64,000 bases of DNA, taken from contig JAWLHY010000003.1 in assembly GCA_041690135.1 (NCBI GenBank), positions 64,001 through 128,000 on the forward strand, written 5' to 3'. The position numbers and the translations under genes were made by a program. The first letter of the stretch is position 1. Every line of letters begins with the position of its first letter. Source of the DNA: Armatimonadota bacterium. GTDB taxonomy: Bacteria; Armatimonadota; SYMT01. The notes below the pieces were generated by a model. It saw only the letters and a list, made by a program, of their open reading frames with translations. It did not search any database and was not told the DNA's origin. Below, piece by piece: positions 50,568-58,765 of this stretch.

Positions 50568-51545
50568 ATGAAGCCGAAAGTCTGGATTACGGGGCCGGTG
50601 TTCGAAGCGGAGTTGGAGCCGTTGCGCGCGATCGCGGACGTGGAGATCCGCCCGGCGCCCGAGCGGCCCACGTTGGAGGAGACGCAGTCCAAAGTCGCCG
50701 GACTGGCCGGCCTGTTGCCGGTGAACGGCGCCCGGGTGGATGCCTCCGTGCTGGACGCGGCCGGGCCATCGCTCCAGGTAATCAGCAACTTCGGGGTCGG
50801 CTACGACAACGTCGATGTCGCGGCTGCCACAGAGCGTGGCATCCCGGTGACCAACACGCCCGACGTGCTCGTCCCCGCCACCGCCGACTGTGCCTTCGGG
50901 CTCCTGATTGCGGCGTCCCGGCGCTTCGGAGAGGGACAGGCCGCCGCGCTGGAAGACCGCTGGCAGTGGGCGCAGTGCCTGCTCTGGGGCCCGGAAGTCT
51001 CCGGCGCCACGCTGGGCATCCTCGGTCTCGGCCGGATCGGGACGGCGGTCGCACGCCGGGCGCAGGGGTTCGGCATGCGGGTGCTCTACCACTCCCGTAC
51101 CCGCAAGCCGGAGGTGGAGTTCGCGCTCGGCGTGGAATATGTCTCCTTCGAAGAGCTGCTGGCGCAGTCCGATTTCCTCAGCCTGCACTGCGCCCTCACG
51201 CCCGGCACCCGCCACATCCTCAACGCGGACCGACTGCGCCAGATGAAGAAGACCGCCATCGTGGTGAACACGGGCCGGGGCGGCTTGATCGACCAAGCCG
51301 CGCTGATCGAGGCCGTCCGCGAGGGCCGCATCGGCGGGGCCGGCCTGGACGTTACGGACCCCGAACCGCCTTCGCCGGACGACCCGATCCTCCACACCCC
51401 CGGTATCTACGTTACCCCGCACCTGGGAAGCTGCAGCTTCGTCGCGCGCGCCGGCATGACCCGCACCTGTGTCACGAACCTGGTCGCCGTGCTCAACGGC
51501 CGGCGCCCACCCAACTGCGTCAACCCGGAAGTGTTGGAACGATAA
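50568..51545 (+). CDS. D-2-hydroxyacid dehydrogenase (glyoxylate reductase/D-glycerate dehydrogenase)
   Basis: VGYDNVD, GLGRIG, NTGRG, LDVTDPEP and TPHLGS motifs. Confidence 0.93.
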   Translation: MKPKVWITGPVFEAELEPLRAIADVEIRPAPERPTLEETQSKVAGLAGLLPVNGARVDASVLDAAGPSLQVISNFGVGYDNVDVAAATERGIPVTNTPDVLVPATADCAFGLLIAASRRFGEGQAAALEDRWQWAQCLLWGPEVSGATLGILGLGRIGTAVARRAQGFGMRVLYHSRTRKPEVEFALGVEYVSFEELLAQSDFLSLHCALTPGTRHILNADRLRQMKKTAIVVNTGRGGLIDQAALIEAVREGRIGGAGLDVTDPEPPSPDDPILHTPGIYVTPHLGSCSFVARAGMTRTCVTNLVAVLNGRRPPNCVNPEVLER

Positions 51546-51571
51546 GCACCTGTGCCCCCGCAATTATGGGG

Positions 51572-54500
51572 TTACCTGCCTCGATCCCCCGTCAGGACGA
51601 ACGCCCCCCAGTGGTAGGGGTGTTGACAGCCGGGACGCGCCGCTACCTCCCGCATTGCCTGGTGCAAGGCCACGTCTTTCGCCACACCACCGCGCACGCG
51701 CCGATGGAAAGCGAGCATCAACTCGCGCGTGCTGTCGTCCCGCACCTTCCAGTGACTGGCGACGACACTGCGCGCTCCGGCGGCCTGGAACGCCCGCACT
51801 AGCCCGTTGATCCCTTCTCCCCGCACCACGGAACCCCGGCCGGTCTCGCACGCGGCCAGCACCACGAGGTCCGCCCGCAGGCGTGGGAGACCGTAGATCT
51901 CCCACGCCTGCAGGAGGCCATCCTTCTCCGGGGGCGTAGCGTTGTCCGCGTGTTGGGCATGGGAAAGGACGAGGCCGGATGCCCGCGCCCAATACGGATG
52001 CAGGTATCCGTGGGTGGCAAAGTGTACGACATCCGCTTCCGGGAGCAGCTTGCGCACCTGTTCTTCCGAAGCATCCACCCCCAGGAGGGGCCGGGCTCCG
52101 TAGAGCTTCCCGACCGCTTCGGCATCGACCCGCGTGCCGGGAAGCGGTCCCAGGTTCAGCAGGCCCGGTAGGCCCGAGCGCGGGGCGGACCCGCGGACGG
52201 CTACCTTGGATTCCGGCACCGGCTCGGGTACGGCCGCGGGCACCAGCGGATCGCCCGCAACAAGAGTGCGGAACACGGACCGCTCGTCCGGCGCAACAGG
52301 CCCGGGAGGCGTTCGGGCGCGCATGGCTTCCTGTGCGAGCAGAGCCAGGGAAGGCGCGGAGGTGAGGGGCAACTGCAGCCCCAGAAATGCCGGAGAGACC
52401 GCGGTCGCCGCCTGCTTGCCGGTCGGGCTCGCTTCGTTACGGCCGACGGGTTTCGGGGTAGGAGCGGTCGGTGACGGAAGCGCCAGGGCGGCGAAGGGCA
52501 ACTCCCACAGTGGGCCGTCCGGGAAGATCAGCGCCCGGCGAGAGCGGAGCAGATCCGCACGGACGGCCGCCGGTAGCAGACGTGCTCCCAGGGCTCTCCC
52601 GAGCGGGATCCCTTCCGCGCGTTCCTCGCGCAGTGCGCGGACCACCCCCTCCACCTCCGCGGAAAGCGCTTTGAGGCCCAACGGGAGGAAATGGACCTGG
52701 AGCTGCGGAGACGCCGGTAAACCAGGCGCGGGTGGAGCCACGACGAAGAGCGCGGTCCGTTCGTCCCCCACGGAGTAGTACAGCGAGAGGGTGCCGTCGA
52801 CCGCGGCTCGCCGCGTCTCCGCCAGCGCCGTCGCAAAGGAAACCGGCGCCCGGTGGGGGCCGGGCTTCCGGAGCAGGCTTTCCAATCGCGCTTCCCGGTC
52901 CCGAGCCAGCGTCAGCTGTTTCTCCGCTGCTTCCAACTGCTCTTCCAGTTCGTCCAGTCGGCGGCGCAGGGTCGCGGCCCGGGAAGCGTCTCTTCCGGAC
53001 ACTTGTGTCTGGTCCCAGGCGGACCGGGCCATCATCGCGTGATCCGCCGCGGAGGCCACCGCCTCTTCCGCCTGCCGTCGCGCCAGGCCTGCTCCGCAGA
53101 GCTCGCTCCACTGCTGATCCGTGCACCCGGCAGGGCGGACGCGCGAGTCGGAGAGGAGGTGCTGCAGGGCCTGGGCCCGGTTCTCTTCCGCAATACGGAG
53201 GGCGTCCTCCGCCTGTCCCGCTTCCGCCAGCATCGCCGCTATCCCCGCGGCGATCGGCGCTTGCTGCTGCCGGTAGGCCTGCACCGCGTCATCTCCGGTG
53301 ATGCCGCGCGCCAGCGCCTGGTAGGTACTCCAGGCCTTGAGAGCCAGGGAGACCGCCTCTTCACGCTTTCCCTGCGCGCGCAGGAGTTGCGAGAGGCGGT
53401 AGAGGGTCAGCGCGTGGCCCGGCCAGCGCGGGTTCGGGTCCTTCCAGAGCAGGAGCGCTTTCCGATAACTTGCCTCCGCTTCTAGGGGCTTACCCGATGC
53501 CACGAACAGTTCCCCGCGGCGGGTGTGGACCATCGCCCGGGCGGCGAGGGAAACCGGCTGGCGCTCCAGCAACGCTTCCGCTTCCCGGACCCGGACTTCC
53601 GCCTCCTTCCAGCGTCCGGCTTCGAGCTCAAGCTCTACCAGGCTGGCCAGCGCTCGGATGCGGAGGTCGAGTCCGCGTGCTCCCGGTACCGGGTCCGTCG
53701 CGACCGCCGCAAGGTAGCCACGGGCCGCTTCCCCCTGCCCATCACTGGCCACGCTCGTGCCGAGGTTGAGGAGGAGTTCGGCCCGCGTCGTGCTCGATGA
53801 CCGGATCTTGCGCCCTTCCTCCAACGCCCGTTCCAGCAGCGTGCGGGCCACGTCGAAGTCGCCGCGAAGACGCGCGATTTTCCCCAGGCCGCCGAGGGCC
53901 CGGACGATCCCCGGATCGGACCGTTGCTCTTTCTCGAGCACCGCTAACGCGCGGGAGTACTGCTCCCAGGCTTCCGGCAGCGCCGCGCGGTGATAGTCCA
54001 GCTCGGCCAGCTCCATCAAGCACTCAGCTCGCAAAGGGGAAGCGGGAGCGCGAGCGTCGTAGATCGCCAGCGCGCGGCGGAACAACTCCGCGGCGCGTGT
54101 CAGTTGCCCCCGGGCCGTGGCTACCTCGCCCTGAAGGCGCAGCAGGCCGGCGATCCCCAGGGTTTGCGTCCCGAAACGGACGCGGATCCGGTGGGCCTGG
54201 GCGAGCTGTTCGTCCGCGGCATCGAGCTCGCCGCGCCGGAGATGGATACCGGCCAGGTTAGCGAGACTGACGCTGACAGCTTCCGAGTTCGGATCGAGCG
54301 ACCTGCGCAACTCGTAGGCTTCGGAAACCAGCCGGTGCGCGGTCTTTAGTTGCCCCCGGCGGCTGGCCACCGCTCCCAAAGCCTCGGTCGTGTTGGCTCG
54401 CGCCGTTGCACTGCCCTTTACCTCGGCCCCCGCTCCCTGGTAGATGTTCAGGGCGGCCTGGAAGGACGCCTCCGCTTCATCCAGGCGCCATTGGCCCAGA

Positions 54501-55414
54501 AGAGTCGCTCCGAGGTTGTGATGGGCGCCGGCGAGCTGGTTAGAGCCGGCCGCGCGGCGGTCCAGCACCTCCACGGCCTTCCGGCGCACCTCCTCGGCCT
54601 CCCGGTAAGACCCCTGACCGTGGAGCACCGTGCCGAGGTCGGAAAGCGCCAGCGCGAGCTCCGCGCTGTCGGGATGCCGGCGTTGAGCTATCTCGGCGGC
54701 TCGGCGGGCCTGTTTCTCCGCCGCATCGAGCTCGCTCCGGGAGATGCCCAGATGAACCAGCTTCCGCAGGACCAGGGTAACCGTGGGCGACTCCGGTTCG
54801 CAGCGCTCGTACACCCGCAGGGCCGCCTCGTAAAGCCGCCGTGCGGAAACACCGCGACTCGATGCACGGAGAAAATCGCCTCCGCGCACGCAGGCCCCGG
54901 CCGCCGCACGCGGCCGCTGCGTCTCACGGTCCAACAACTCGATCGCACGGGTGATCCCCTCCCGCGACTCCGGCGAGTTGACCGGAGCGGCCAGGGAGGC
55001 CCTCCAGGAGGCTTCCACCATCCCCGGGCCGTATCCGGCGCGAGCCCACGCTTCGGTGCAGGCCTGCCATGCCGCCAGCCAATCGGAAGTCCGGCGGACC
55101 TGTTCGAAAATGCGCGCCCGACCCGCCTGGGCCAGCGCCTCCCCAGCGGCATCGCGGTCGCTCCGGCTTTTCGCGAGCGCCATGTCCGCCGAGCGTAGCG
55201 CTTCGGTGAGGCTCCCCTCCCGTCGCAATCGATCCACCTCGGCCAGCATCCGCCGGATCTCCGCGTCCTGCGGCTCCGGTGCGGGCGGCTCCGCACCCGG
55301 CTGGCGGGCGGCGGAAACCTCCGGAATCGCACCGTTGCCCGGAGCCTGCGATGCACTCACCCCCGGGAAGAGGGAGAGTGCTGAACATAGGAGCAGAAGA
55401 TTCCGGTTCCACAT
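51572..55414 (-). CDS. Large CHAT-domain protease with many TPRs and signal peptide
   Basis: HFATHG, VLAACETG and HPYHWGAF motifs; N-terminal signal peptide. Confidence 0.9.
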   Translation of the reverse strand: MWNRNLLLLCSALSLFPGVSASQAPGNGAIPEVSAARQPGAEPPAPEPQDAEIRRMLAEVDRLRREGSLTEALRSADMALAKSRSDRDAAGEALAQAGRARIFEQVRRTSDWLAAWQACTEAWARAGYGPGMVEASWRASLAAPVNSPESREGITRAIELLDRETQRPRAAAGACVRGGDFLRASSRGVSARRLYEAALRVYERCEPESPTVTLVLRKLVHLGISRSELDAAEKQARRAAEIAQRRHPDSAELALALSDLGTVLHGQGSYREAEEVRRKAVEVLDRRAAGSNQLAGAHHNLGATLLGQWRLDEAEASFQAALNIYQGAGAEVKGSATARANTTEALGAVASRRGQLKTAHRLVSEAYELRRSLDPNSEAVSVSLANLAGIHLRRGELDAADEQLAQAHRIRVRFGTQTLGIAGLLRLQGEVATARGQLTRAAELFRRALAIYDARAPASPLRAECLMELAELDYHRAALPEAWEQYSRALAVLEKEQRSDPGIVRALGGLGKIARLRGDFDVARTLLERALEEGRKIRSSSTTRAELLLNLGTSVASDGQGEAARGYLAAVATDPVPGARGLDLRIRALASLVELELEAGRWKEAEVRVREAEALLERQPVSLAARAMVHTRRGELFVASGKPLEAEASYRKALLLWKDPNPRWPGHALTLYRLSQLLRAQGKREEAVSLALKAWSTYQALARGITGDDAVQAYRQQQAPIAAGIAAMLAEAGQAEDALRIAEENRAQALQHLLSDSRVRPAGCTDQQWSELCGAGLARRQAEEAVASAADHAMMARSAWDQTQVSGRDASRAATLRRRLDELEEQLEAAEKQLTLARDREARLESLLRKPGPHRAPVSFATALAETRRAAVDGTLSLYYSVGDERTALFVVAPPAPGLPASPQLQVHFLPLGLKALSAEVEGVVRALREERAEGIPLGRALGARLLPAAVRADLLRSRRALIFPDGPLWELPFAALALPSPTAPTPKPVGRNEASPTGKQAATAVSPAFLGLQLPLTSAPSLALLAQEAMRARTPPGPVAPDERSVFRTLVAGDPLVPAAVPEPVPESKVAVRGSAPRSGLPGLLNLGPLPGTRVDAEAVGKLYGARPLLGVDASEEQVRKLLPEADVVHFATHGYLHPYWARASGLVLSHAQHADNATPPEKDGLLQAWEIYGLPRLRADLVVLAACETGRGSVVRGEGINGLVRAFQAAGARSVVASHWKVRDDSTRELMLAFHRRVRGGVAKDVALHQAMREVAARPGCQHPYHWGAFVLTGDRGR

Positions 55415-55695
55415 CAGAATTCAGTTGCCGCGATCGACGGAGAGAGCGGCAAATCTCACGAGCAACACGGAACCATCCGTATAGTAACCCACGTTGACTC
55501 TTTCGGCAGCACGGCGCCAGCCTCCTTGATGCAGGGCGGTGAGGTCCCCGGCATATAGGTTCACTTGTATTATAGGGTCTGACCCGTAGTCATAGAGACA
55601 ACCACCTTGCCGTCGTGTTGATTCCGTCCTGGGAAATCCCAAGCAACGAAGGTGTACCGCTCCGGGGTCTCTACTCATTAAATTGAAGATGAACA

Positions 55696-56142
55696 GTGAT
55701 CTCAGGAAACCCGGACGTGGGACAGTATCTAGCATTGCCGACTGTTTTGATCGTGGATGACAACGACGACTTCCGCCGCACGGCGGGTGATGCGTTGCGG
55801 GAAGCAGGCTTCACCGTGCGGGAAGCCGGTGACGGCCTGGAAGCGCTGCGCAAACTGCGGCGGGAAGAGCCCCCGGAGTTGATCCTGCTCGACCTGCTCA
55901 TGCCGGTGATGGATGGCTGGCAGTTGCGCGAGAATCTCACGGCCGATCCCCGGCTGCGGGATGTGCCGGTGGTGGTAACCACCGCCGTCGGCCACGAGTA
56001 CGAGCAGGAAAACTCGCTGCAAGCGGTCGCCTACCTTCCCAAACCCTGCTCACTGGAGGCCACCCTCGACGTCGTTCGGCAGTTTTGCTCGCCGGAGCCG
56101 CTCGGGTCGTGCCAGGAATCCCGCACCGCGGTCCCGGGGTAA
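55696..56142 (+). CDS. Single-domain response regulator (receiver); start uncertain
   Basis: LIVDD, LLDLLMPVMDG and LPKP motifs. Confidence 0.88.
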   Translation: MISGNPDVGQYLALPTVLIVDDNDDFRRTAGDALREAGFTVREAGDGLEALRKLRREEPPELILLDLLMPVMDGWQLRENLTADPRLRDVPVVVTTAVGHEYEQENSLQAVAYLPKPCSLEATLDVVRQFCSPEPLGSCQESRTAVPG

Positions 56143-56280
56143 CCGTATCGAACTGCCGGTCGCGCTGGCCCGGCAGTTCGACGGAGGTTGCTTCGGTTTC
56201 CGGCTTCTCCCGCTCCTTGGGTGGAGGGCCCGGCTCACCGGCCCTCCGACAACGAACAAGTACGAGTCCAACCGGTCTGC

Positions 56281-56865
56281 TTACGGGGTTTCACGCGGCT
56301 CCTGGTCGGGTAAGCCCGCCGGTTCTACCAGGGTCGCTTCAATGAAGGCGGTCTGCCCCTGTGCGATCTCCGCGGTTTCCCGCTCCAGGTACTGAAGTAC
56401 ATCCGGCGCCGGTGGGGCGGCGGGGGTTCGCACCACTCCCGTCAGGCGCACCTCCTGGCCCTGCGAGACTTCCGGCATTTCCACGGCTCCCGGCCGGGCG
56501 ACGACCAGGATGCGGCGTTGGCCTTCCTGCAGCCAGATAGCATTCTCCGAGACCACTTCCACGACGCTGCCCGTTCCCGAAACGACGGTCCCGTTGTACT
56601 GGCGCGGGGCGGCTACCATGGCCGTGATCGGAAGTCGGTCTCCTACCGCGTCGGGGGTCGCCGGCGTTTCCGGATAGATACCGTCACGAATCACTTCGCG
56701 TTCGCCGGCAACCCGCTCCGTCGGGACGACGGTTTCCTGGATGGACGGCGGAGTCACCACCGCGAGCACCGCCCACACGAGAAAGGCGATCGCCAACACG
56801 ATCCCGAACCAGGCCCACCAAGGCAGGCCCGTATCCCGCCGGCGCTGAACGTTGATATCCGACAT
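56281..56865 (-). CDS. Membrane-anchored hypothetical protein
   Basis: GLPWWAW + TM segment; paralog of the next gene (ERVAGER motif). Confidence 0.7.
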   Translation of the reverse strand: MSDINVQRRRDTGLPWWAWFGIVLAIAFLVWAVLAVVTPPSIQETVVPTERVAGEREVIRDGIYPETPATPDAVGDRLPITAMVAAPRQYNGTVVSGTGSVVEVVSENAIWLQEGQRRILVVARPGAVEMPEVSQGQEVRLTGVVRTPAAPPAPDVLQYLERETAEIAQGQTAFIEATLVEPAGLPDQEPRETP

Positions 56866-56934
56866 GCTCCACTCCTCTCCAAACTTCCTGTACCTCTCAA
56901 CTTGCGCGTGATTGTCTTGTTTTGCGTTCTCCCG

Positions 56935-57525
56935 TTAGAAGGTGGGCCGGGGGGTTTCACGGACACCCGTAGGTATCTCGTTGCCGAAGGCAATCGAGTC
57001 CAGTTCGACGAAGGCGGGCTGGCTCAGGGCCAGTTCTCGCGTGGTTTCCTCGACATTGACCAGCGAAGGGAGGTCGCGCGAGATGATGCTGCTGCGGACC
57101 GTGCCCGTCAGGTTGATGCGCTGGCCGGCGGCCATCCGTGGCCACTCCGGTGAGGCTTCTTCAGTGACGATTAGAATCCGCTGGTCTTCCTGTTCCAACC
57201 AGAAGGCGCGCTCCGTTGCCGCTCCGGCAAAGGTGCCGGTCATGGTGACTTCCCGGCCGGCATAGTCCGCCGGCTGCCGGGTGATGCTCGCCAGAGGAAC
57301 GAGTTCCGTGCCCAACTCGCCTACCGCCGGGCCGGGTGTATCGCCACCGATCACCTGGCGTTCCCCTGCCACGCGTTCGCTGGGTCGTACGACGCCCACT
57401 TCGCGCTCGGGCGTGGTCACTTCGACAATCGCCCACAACACCAGGATGACCGCCAGGCCCATTCCCAGCCACGCCCACCCTGGCAGCGCCGCGCCGCGCC
57501 GCGACCGCCTGTCCCGATTCGCCAT
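56935..57525 (-). CDS. Membrane-anchored hypothetical protein (paralog of 56281-56865)
   Basis: LPGWAW + TM segment, PSERVAGERQVI, QPAFVE; GGAGG RBS. Confidence 0.7.
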   Translation of the reverse strand: MANRDRRSRRGAALPGWAWLGMGLAVILVLWAIVEVTTPEREVGVVRPSERVAGERQVIGGDTPGPAVGELGTELVPLASITRQPADYAGREVTMTGTFAGAATERAFWLEQEDQRILIVTEEASPEWPRMAAGQRINLTGTVRSSIISRDLPSLVNVEETTRELALSQPAFVELDSIAFGNEIPTGVRETPRPTF

Positions 57526-57802
57526 CTTCCCTACCTCCGTATTCATTTCTCTACCGATCTTTGCCGACGGCCTGCCCGGATGGTGGCCGCGGTGCTTGCT
57601 CATGCCTTTTGCCGAATCCGGCCGGACTGAAACGGCCCAACCTCCAGTCCCATGGGGTAGGGGGCCTCGCAGTCCCGGAGAGGAGTCAGGCGGGCGGTGC
57701 GTGTAGCTTGCGGGATTGCTGGGGAAGTTTCGCTCGGAGCAGGCCCGGCGCCGGAAGGCTCGGGTCTTGCCGAGGCAAAACGAAGGAAAGGGAGGTGCCT
57801 GC

Positions 57803-58696
57803 ATGGCATATCCGGAGACAGTTGGACGAACGGACAGGACAGACTACGGTTATCAGCAGATGCCCAGCGACCTGGCACTGTTGAAAGACCTGGATGACTA
57901 CGATGTCGCGGACTACGACGTCGATCCCCGCGGCTGGAAGGTTGTGGGTCGCGACGGGGACGAGATCGGGAAGATCGACGACCTCATCGTGAGCACCGCG
58001 AGCGAAAAGGCGTACTTCGCGGTGGTGGACACCGGCGGGTGGTTCCAGAACAAGCGATTCGCCATCCCCCTGGAACGGGTCCGCTTCGATCGGAACGACA
58101 ACAAGGCGTACGCGCCGTACGTGAAGGATCAGTTCCGCGAAGCGCCCGAGTACAACATGGCGCGGCCGGACTACACGGGCTACTACGGCTACTGGAGCGG
58201 GCTCCGCACCGAGGCCGTGGCTCCGGAACGGGAAACCGCCTTCGCCGGTGAGCACCGCGAGCGCGAGGTGGGGCTCCGTGAGGGCGAAGTCCGCGTGCCC
58301 GTCACCGAGGAGACGGCGGAGGTCCGCAAGGAAGCTCACGAAGCCGGCTTCGTCAACATCCGCAAGCGGGTGGATTACGAGACGAAGCACATCTCCGAGC
58401 CGGTGACCCGCACCCGGGTCGTCGCGGAGACGCGGGAGGTGCCCGCGGGCGGAGCCTACGCCACGGAGGGGGCGACCACGCTGCGTGAGGGTGAGACCCT
58501 GCGCGTGCCGATCGTGGAAGAGGATGTGACCGTGACCAAGACCCCGCGGGTCACCCGCGAGGTCGTCCTCCACACGGAGCAGGACACGGAGATGGTGGAG
58601 CGCGACGTGCAGCTTCGCCACGAGGAAGTCGAAGTCGACACCGAGGGCGACGTAGACATCGAGCAGCCGACCGGTACTGGCCGGATGCGCCGCTAG
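57803..58696 (+). CDS. PRC-barrel + DUF2382 (YsnF/AvaK-like) protein
   Basis: DPRGWKVVGRDGDEIGKIDDLIV; VPVTEE.AEVRKE and VPIVEEDV.VTK motifs. Confidence 0.88.
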   Translation: MAYPETVGRTDRTDYGYQQMPSDLALLKDLDDYDVADYDVDPRGWKVVGRDGDEIGKIDDLIVSTASEKAYFAVVDTGGWFQNKRFAIPLERVRFDRNDNKAYAPYVKDQFREAPEYNMARPDYTGYYGYWSGLRTEAVAPERETAFAGEHREREVGLREGEVRVPVTEETAEVRKEAHEAGFVNIRKRVDYETKHISEPVTRTRVVAETREVPAGGAYATEGATTLREGETLRVPIVEEDVTVTKTPRVTREVVLHTEQDTEMVERDVQLRHEEVEVDTEGDVDIEQPTGTGRMRR

Positions 58697-58728
58697 GCGA
58701 ACGGCCGATTAACCGGTCCCTGGGAGTA

Positions 58729-58765
58729 AGCGCGGGTGGAAGCCAACTCCACCCGCGCTCCTTTT
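58729..58765 (+). terminator. Intrinsic terminator-like hairpin between convergent genes
   Basis: AGCGCGGGTGGA-AGCCAAC-TCCACCCGCGCT followed by CCTTTT. Confidence 0.6.

Noticed and set aside
47672-51802. 1376-aa + strand ORF and other long antisense ORFs (e.g. 23352-25730, 9923-11953, 21505-23286)
   Set aside because: Shadow frames of real genes in GC-rich DNA; no domain motifs.
55421-55735. Lower-GC ORF upstream of the large CHAT gene as a protease substrate
   Set aside because: No recognisable motif or RBS and it overlaps the receiver gene; cannot be supported.
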